A stretch of DNA of 64,000 nucleotides from Schmidtea nova (lineage: Eukaryota): positions 527,000,001-527,064,000 of the forward strand of contig CM097882.1 of the NCBI GenBank assembly GCA_044892505.1, written 5' to 3'. Positions 55,800-64,000 of the stretch are shown piece by piece. Position numbers and translations under genes: made by a program. The notes under the pieces are model-generated. The model was not told the origin of the DNA. It ran no database searches and was given only the letters and a program-made list of their open reading frames with translations. Each line of letters begins with the position of its first letter. Position 1 is the stretch's first letter.

Positions 55800-57540
55800 C
55801 GAAACAGGGACAGATCACCCTGGAGAGCTGGCAACCAATGAAATCGCCGCCCAAAATTTGAATTTATGGAATTTAGTTTGAATTACTGAAAAAATGGCAA
55901 AGTTATACAACCAAATATACTTTCAATGTCGTTGTAAAGAATCAAAGATGTATCCGACGACTATTGACAACATCGATCTTCCACGAATACCCAAGAAAAA
56001 TAAAAACAATACTATAAAAGAACAAATCTTAAGAAATTTAATCAGAAGCATGTATGGAGAAGCTCACCGAGAAAGAAAGAAACAAAAAAATGCCACATAA
56101 ACATGTACGCTTTATCATTTAAAAGACTTAATATAGAAGGTACAGAGACTCGCGTTTGTCACAGAAAAAACGCATCATTTTCTCAGACTGAAAAGTAGTT
56201 TCAGAAACCTTTTAAGAAAGAATGAAATGTAAACAGGCTCTAATACGAAAATACATAACTCAGACGAGAATATGTCTACTAATTAAGATTAAAGTGAACT
56301 AGTAATCGATCTCACAAATAACTTCAAAATATTACAATCATTGGGTCCAAAATTCGGTTTGAACAAAAAAATTACTGATGATACCATGCTTTACCCCAAT
56401 GCTGCTCTAGGTCGTATGTCATATCAAATCAAATGACATGACAACCTATCTGAGGTCGATAACCAGACAAAGTTTGCTGTCTTCACGAACACGGATCAAA
56501 TTTATATTCCCTATCGTAATACCTAATTATATTCGATTCTATCAAAAGTTTGCAGCAAGATTTTATGCATCACAAAAAGAGATAAAAATCCATACAATTC
56601 AAACGTATATAACTATAATCAAGCTACTTTGAAATCCTTTAAACTCAAACCAGGCATATATAAATCAAGTGACAAAAGAGACAAATTTTACATATTTAAG
56701 AAAATATGTTATTGTGAAGCAGCCTACGTACAACTCAACAACACAAGTATATATAAAGAGACGAAATGCATGTAAGAAAATATCATTTAAGGGAAAATAA
56801 ACAAAGTATTCAAAAAAATCGAACAAAAAAGAAGTATTAAGGAAAGATCTATCAAAGACTTCATAACAAAAAACTCAGACCTTATTAATTTTTATTCTTT
56901 AATTAAAATTCACAAAATCGATCTATTATCAAGGTTATACTGATTGTTCCCAATACTAAAGATCCAACAAGCAAGGTGAATTGACTTCTCGTCAAAATTC
57001 TAAAACCTCTGTTGAACAATTTCTACGCCATCATCAAAGCAGATCAAATGCTTAGATCAAGATTGAATAAAACAAATAAAATCACTAAAATGAAATTCAA
57101 TTACCCTTTTAGCCTCAATGTGGTGCCCCTATATACTTCTATTCACCTTAAATATAATATAGATTGATTAAAAAGAATTTTAAAAGAATGTAAACTCATA
57201 GAAAAGGAAATATAGACAGAAAATATTATTGAACTTCTACTTAACATTTGAACAGAAAGTATATTAACAAGTGAAATGTGTCATTAAATATATGAGGCAG
57301 AGAATAGCTAATCGGTGTACCAAAGAAGACCACAAATATGAACAACAAACTATATTAAACGAGGCCCAGCATCAAAACGGATACCCTAATAATAATGATA
57401 TTTTTAAAATGATATTCAACCCCAAAAGGCAGAAAGATTTACAAAAGGAAAAACATTTCTACCTTCCAATCCCCTTTATTAATGACCGGATCAATTTTAA
57501 GATCATCATGGAACTTATTCTCGCTAACTTTTTTTAAAAA
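55800..57540 (+). mobile_element. Degenerate Penelope-like retroelement fragments
   Basis: LGPKF, IYIPY, GIYK..CYCEAAYV (GIY-YIG-like), IKIHK, SLNVVPLYT (RT SxDVxSLFT-like), NGYP..LPIPF. Many stops and frameshifts. Confidence 0.65.
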
Positions 57541-59395
57541 GAAAATTTTTTTAGAATTTAAGATATATTTTTCCAAAGGAAAAAGAGAAAATGTATAAAA
57601 AAACCGAAAGTATATTTAAATTTTTGAAATAATTTTTTGTTGTTGTAAATTGAGATAATTTTAAAAAGTAAAATTTAAGTTCAGTTTAAAATTAAGTTTC
57701 GATTTTTTTGTCTGAAAATTTTAAAGAAAATGTTAAACATTATTTTATCAGATTTACATCCAAAAAAAATGAGATAATTCAAGAGAAAGAAACACAATCC
57801 AAACGATGAAGATTTCGGTTATATTAGGAAATAAAAGAAACTGACAATACATACTTGATAAAGGCTGTACCGAAATATCGCGTACCTTACAATAAAAAAA
57901 TTGATCTAGAGTCATACAATTATAAATATGAAAATTATTGATTTATAAGAGAGATCAAAGGTGAAACCAAAAGATAGTTAAGATTGATAAGGATAATTTT
58001 AAAAATCGAATATTTTCCCATAGTAAAACTTTGCAGCAAAGATTTATTTTGTTAATTATTTATTATTATTATTATTTAAAAAATAATTGCGCTGAAAATT
58101 CTTTCAAAAAATTTGCTGACAATAAATTCCACCGAAACAGAATTACAAATATAAATTGTCTGTTAACAAAAGTCTATTTCTATAGAATAATAGATTAATT
58201 TAGCATAAGCGTCACAAGAAAAATTTAAGTAATTATTAAATAATGAAGTGCAAGTAACCAAAGTAACGTTTATGTGAGAGGTCGCTTGCGCTTCATTTGA
58301 AAATTGTAAAGATCAATTATATAGTTTTTGTAAACTTGCTTTGTTGTTTTCCTGGTTATTTTATTATAATTAGCTTCTTTTTTCTTAGTTATACATGACG
58401 AATTTCTAATACAAATTTTCATTAAAATTCATATTATATTGAGATTTTCTGGTAGAAAATATCCAAAATGTCCAAAATACATCTGACTCTATAATATGAA
58501 AAATAAAAAAAAACTTTAAAATTAATTAATTTATTAACACGAACTTTACGATTATTTATTCAATTTAGTCAAGCTTTTCTACAATGACAAGCAAATCTAT
58601 AATTTCATAAAGAAAACTAATCGCTTTTTTGCGATTTTCTATTGTATCAAATAAGGATTTCGTGGAATGTAAAAATATTTTTTTTTGAAAAATAAAATCT
58701 AAAATATATATTTTTCAAATGGGAGAAAGCTATTTGTTCTTATTCGCGCTCGTCTTCGTTTTGTTGTTATTATTATTATTATTATTATTAGGGGAAAAAT
58801 ATAAAGATTTTAATTTTTTTTATAATTTCTATATGACCGCGTATCTCTATTCAAAATAATGTTCTATTTTGTCAAAATAGAGTAATGTATAATATTAAGA
58901 CAAGAAAATTACACGGTTTTTACAAATTTTTTGAAAATTTATTCCACGGTTAAATAGTTAAAGATTTTTAATAATATTTTATTGAATGTATATCCCATTC
59001 CAAAGATAAAGGAAGTAATAACCTTATAATATATCGTTATCAATTCTAATAAAATTGACCAATCAGATCAAAGCATCATTTTTATATTTTATTATAAACA
59101 ATACACACAATTTGAGTTATTTTTCAAGTCACTTTTATTTCGAAAACAATAGAAATTTCTTAGAATTAAAATTTCAGTAAATTTGCACCAAAATACATTC
59201 CTATATATCACGAAATAAATAAAATAATTTATTGATTGATGGTTGGTTCTAATTAAACCGATTTCAGTGCTGTTGTCAGAGATTTCAATGAAATTATATT
59301 CTATTGTTTCAGACAACCAATACAAACAGTGAATTAATATTCATTATAATTGTATATAGATAAAAATTTTCTTCACGATTTTCTTCTGACGAAAA

Positions 59396-59809
59396 ATGTT
59401 GAAATTTAAAATGAACATATCTAAATCCTCAACGAAATTTGTCAACGAGAAAAGTTTCGATTCTCCATCTCTCGCATGGATTTGTGGAGATGATTTGGTA
59501 GTGAAGTCCGATCAAGAAAAACCGTCAAAATTTGCTAAATTCAAAATAAAGAATAAAAAGAATTCCAAAAAGACGATCGAGATAATTAATGGAGAGCTGA
59601 TTGTCGAAACGCCTAGACTTTTGAATGCTTTCACTTCTGACTTTCCGAAATCAACCGAAGAGAATCTAAATCGTGATCCAATTTTTGAAAGTCATCGTAA
59701 AAATATTAGAAAATCCTCTACGAGTGCCAACATTATGCAGCTAAATGAGGAATCAGATGACATAATTACCATCTCTCCCATTGACATACCCATGAATAAA
59801 AAAGAAAAA
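59396..59809 (+). CDS. Probable first coding exon of an unidentified host gene
   Basis: 138 open codons with host-like composition, ending at a GTAGGT donor (59810). No family recognised and downstream exons not found. Confidence 0.5.
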
Positions 59810-60338
59810 GTAGGTTTTTATTAATTGTACTTATTTATTATTTACATATAATAACTTTTAAATAAATAAATTAAAACTGTTATACCTAAATTCTTATCTT
59901 TTTGAAATGGAACAATTATAATCATATAAATTTCTAATTTTATTCACTTTTGATCATAAATTTACGGTTTTGTTTATTTTAATTCTTTCAGTCTATAGAT
60001 CAGAATTTTTACAATTTATCACCAATTTTTGTCATAATCTTTAAACAAGGGTCAAATTTTGCATTTATTGAGTACAATTTTGGTGAAGCATGTTTGTAGG
60101 ATATTTTACCGGCTGAAAATCATTCATAGCACTATTTTATGATTATTTGACTATAAACGAAATTGACAGATGTTTAACCTTGAACCGGAGAGTCTGGTAT
60201 CTGTCTTCTTCGTTCAGGAGAAAAAATTATCCTAACCCTTATATATAGGAATTTTTAAAATGTTTAATATTTATTTATTATAATTCATGTGCCCACTAAT
60301 AATATGTGGTACGAGTTATATAAATTTTATTATAGAAA

Positions 60339-60536
60339 TGTTGTTGGGTTATTGAGTTGTTGGTAAAATTTAAAAGTTATCAATCAAATCTCTGACTCCA
60401 AAGCGTGCTTTATTTGATCAATAAAATAACAATTAATAACGGGAACCTTTATTTATATCACAGCTGGTTTCACAAATTACACTGGTACGATCAATAAAAT
60501 AATATGACAGACAATTATACATTGTTTATTACAACA
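60339..60536 (-). repeat. Short LTR-like repeat, relative of 28193-28374
   Basis: Reverse complement aligns along its length with 28193-28374; TG..CA ends; no TSD seen. Confidence 0.7.
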
Positions 60537-61329
60537 CTGTGAAGAATAACACTAGTGTACAATATCTCCGTCTAACGATCACTAGCTACTGATTTAGATT
60601 CAACAATAGGCTACCGACTAATTGTTTTTTACTGTAACTTGAAAATTAGCTTAATAAACTTTGATTCTTTTATTAAATTATTTTCTTGGTTTGCTAAATT
60701 CACTACAATATTCTCAAGTTTTCCTTTGATTCATATTTTCTAAAAATGCACTTGATTTTTCTCAATTTAAATTTTCTTCGCAGATTTCCTTTGACTACAC
60801 TATATCTTCTCTTAATAAACAAATTCTAATAAAATTTCCGATTCAACTACTGTGACTTTCCATTTTATAGCTCGTCAAATTTGCGGTACTTGAGATAATT
60901 TTGTTTTTTCATTTTTGCTTTTCGCATTCTTTACAACTTCTGCCTCATCTCTGACAGCTGTCGAGATGTGTTCTGCTTTTCCTTTTTTGTTATTCCGACT
61001 TTCTCTCTTACAATCCTGATATCTCTAACAAGCTGTCAAGATATAAATTTCCTTGTTTTTGTTTTTCAATTTCTAAATTCCTTTTGACTTTTTGTACTTC
61101 TTTTTGTACTTCTTTTGTACTTCTTCTGTCTAATTTTTCGATTTATTTTATTTCACTGCCATCTTCTCATTTCTCAATTTTTGCTCTTCCTTCCTCCTTC
61201 GCTGTATTTCAAAACATCACATCATTTACCCGGTCCATATTCCCCCAATCATTTTATTTATTTGTAATAAAAGTAAATAATATCATAAATAAAAATATAA
61301 TTGGGGGAAAAATTAAATTTTTGGTATTA

Positions 61330-61510
61330 TGTAATAGTTATATTCGCCACGAATTGGACATGTCATTGTAATTTGTGTAGCCAACTTTGATAATCAATAA
61401 AGGGTTATAATGTCTGAAAATTGTTATTTTGTGGGTCAAATAAAGTATACTTGGAGTCAGAGAATTAATTGGTAAATTTTAAATTTCCCCAACTACCAAA
61501 TAATTTAACA
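61330..61510 (+). repeat. Short LTR-like repeat, more diverged third copy
   Basis: AATAAAGTATACTTGGAGTCAGAG..TTTTAAATTT..CCAAC..AACA core shared with the other two copies. Confidence 0.55.
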
Positions 61511-64000
61511 GAAAATAAATAAAAAATATTTATGGTGAACAGCTTTCTACAACAAAAAGTTAGCGAACGATTTTATATTGTTTAACAATTAAAATAACAG
61601 TTTTAAACATTATTAAAGCTGATGCATTGAACAGCAAACTATTGAGTCAATGGTATCAAGAAAACTTTGAAGAATTTGAGTGTCTTTTTCTTTATAATTA
61701 TGTATGTTGTCTTTCGAAATGAACCTTCAACTATTTGAAATTGTGGTAGAATTTATCCTATCAGTTGAGAAAAGATGAAAAGAAAAGATAAAGCCTTTGA
61801 AGTTTGATATTGTGTATTTGGCTGATACATTGTATTAAAATTTCCTTAAAAGATGAAAATTTTGATGTAATAAAAATTAAAGCTGCAATATACACATTTA
61901 ATAGGAAGGTAGATTTGTTCAAGCTAAACAAGAGTAGAAATCATAATTATCTTGTTTCACCTTTGATCTTTTTTTATTATTATTATCAATAATTCCCATA
62001 ATGATGATTATAGATCAAAATTTTTTATAAACAATAACACAATATTTCGGCACAGCCTTTATCAAGTGTGTAAATACTTCTGTGCAAATTTTCTGTGGTT
62101 GACTTCTGTCATCTTTAAAAACCGATATGTGACTACACCTGAATTCATTTACTCAGTTTTTCATAGTTGATAAAGATAGAGCATCCTTCTGATTGATAGA
62201 CTGCAACAACTGATAAATTTCAATGCTGTTTTTCTTTTGCAAAACAAAAAATTTCATCACACTTTGATATTCGATCTGTAAAATTATGACTTAGATCATT
62301 TTTCAAAATTCTGGCGTAACTATGACAATGAACAAAAGTAGAGTTAATCACATTTCCTTTTCTTCATCTATACTTATATGGCTACTTTAAAATTAAAAAT
62401 GATTTAGTTATTATTTTAAATTTTATATTAGGCCAAGAACTCATTGAGCCTTGTACGTAATTTCAAGTCTACAAATCTCAACAAATTTTTTTTATTAAAA
62501 AAATTTCAATTTTTGTTTAAAAATTTTTAATAATTTATCGCAAATATTGAAAGAGATATTTGAGCCATGAGCATAGTTTCACCTAAAGACATCAAACGAT
62601 CCGAACTTTGAAATTCTAGAAGCCTTATCCAATTAACATATTAATGAAACACAGATTTTCTCTAAATTAAACTTAAAAGGTTGTAATTACCAAAAGTGTC
62701 AAAATAGAGAAAATCTCTGCTTTCATTTAAATAATTAAATTCTGAATAAACGAAAGAAACCCTTTTTGGAATACCTCTTAAATATCGCTTGACAATTTTC
62801 TATAAATTTTGATCATAATTCAACTTTATTATAGCTTGTTAAATATTTTGAATTTTTAAATCGGATTAGATTAGTTTGTTTGTTGAAATTGTTAAAATAG
62901 ATTATTTAAACATCATTTTAATAATAACATCATTAATAATAATAACATCATTAATAATAATATAGTTATTGACATTCTGTACATAATAAGTAAGAGCTAA
63001 CGCATTAATATTTGACAGTAATGATGAATGTTAAAAGTGTTTAACCTAAGGGTGTTTAAACTGCAGCTTGCGCATGGTATAACAAATATGAATCATTTCA
63101 ATTTTGATGTTGTGCTTTACCATTTTTTTAATCTTAATGCAATTAAAATTAATTCAATAGTTATTTGGAGCAAATTTGTTAGACGAACATCATTATTTAC
63201 GAAAGATTTTTGAAGAGCACACATTTAAATCATTTAGAGCACACTTTTTTATGCGGCCCGCTTGCCTTCAAAAAATTTACCATGTGGTCCAGATGCTGCA
63301 AAAGGTTAAACATTCATGGTTTAATCCCTTAAAGTTTTACTTATTTAAATAAATTATGTGTCTGAAATGATTATTTAAAAGAATTTTCATGACACCAAAA
63401 TAAATAATTTCATTTATTTTAAATGCTCAAGTGAAAAAATATAAAAATTATACGAGCCAGACTCGTGATTGTATCACAAAACAAATTTAAGTTTATACTA
63501 GTCAGATTCGCGTTTACTGCACAAAGAGGTATATAAAAAAATTTGGTTTTTTATTGGAAAACAGTCTTTAGTTAATAATTTTTTTTATAAAATCTTATAT
63601 TCAATAAAAATAACCTGCAATATGTAAAATATATTCCTTCCCATCTGTGTTACAAAATTTTAGTTAATAGCCAAATTCATCATAACTTGGTGCTATGAGA
63701 ATCTACTTTCCATATAATCCAAAACGAATCGTTCTGATTTAAATATTTCTTTTCTTATTTGCAAGATTCACTTGACGTGGTGATGAGAATAATTAAATAG
63801 AAATAGTATTTAATTTTCAGTTTTAAATAAATTTAAATACTTTAATAAAATTAGATAATAAAATAGCATAATAAATTAAATATAAATATGGAAGTTATCA
63901 ATGTGCTTGACTGTAAATTTCATATTTAAGAATGATTGAAAATTAAAATATAAAATATTATTAACTTATGCTTGCAAAAATATTCTCAAAGATAAAAAAG

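Overview
Eukaryotic, AT-rich DNA with short (~50 nt) GT-AG introns, most consistent with a freshwater planarian (Schmidtea-like; inference). Bases 1-28191 are a giant, apparently intact and very young Ty3/Gypsy LTR retrotransposon. Its 3' LTR is ~3.3 kb (24892-28191), its 5' LTR is cut by the window start, the PBS matches tRNA-Pro, and the inferred total length is ~29.5 kb. It resembles the 'Burro' giant elements described for the Schmidtea mediterranea genome (Grohme et al. 2018, from memory), so the element class itself is probably not new. It encodes one 4965-aa polyprotein in this order: Gag with 3 CCHC knuckles, three ubiquitin-like folds, an AT-hook, a Bcl-2-like domain, a chuvirus-type envelope glycoprotein, PR-RT-RH-IN, ankyrin repeats, three FN3-like repeats and a TM helix. 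It also carries separate cargo ORFs: an IAP-type RING protein, a full-length TRAF, two coiled-coil proteins ending in PDZ-ligand-like tails, a small type I membrane protein, and two ORFs inside the LTR. Bases 28192-64000 are host DNA. They contain a 4-exon SRD5A-family gene (minus strand, 20.6-kb intron 2) head-to-head with an intronless TUBGCP4, and the first exon of an unidentified gene. They also contain a chimeric SCaMC/NAE1 pseudogene, Merlin, piggyBac, MITE and Penelope relics, short LTR-like repeats, and decayed LTRs of related giant-element families that retain homologues of the two LTR ORFs. All domain calls are by eye, with no database search.
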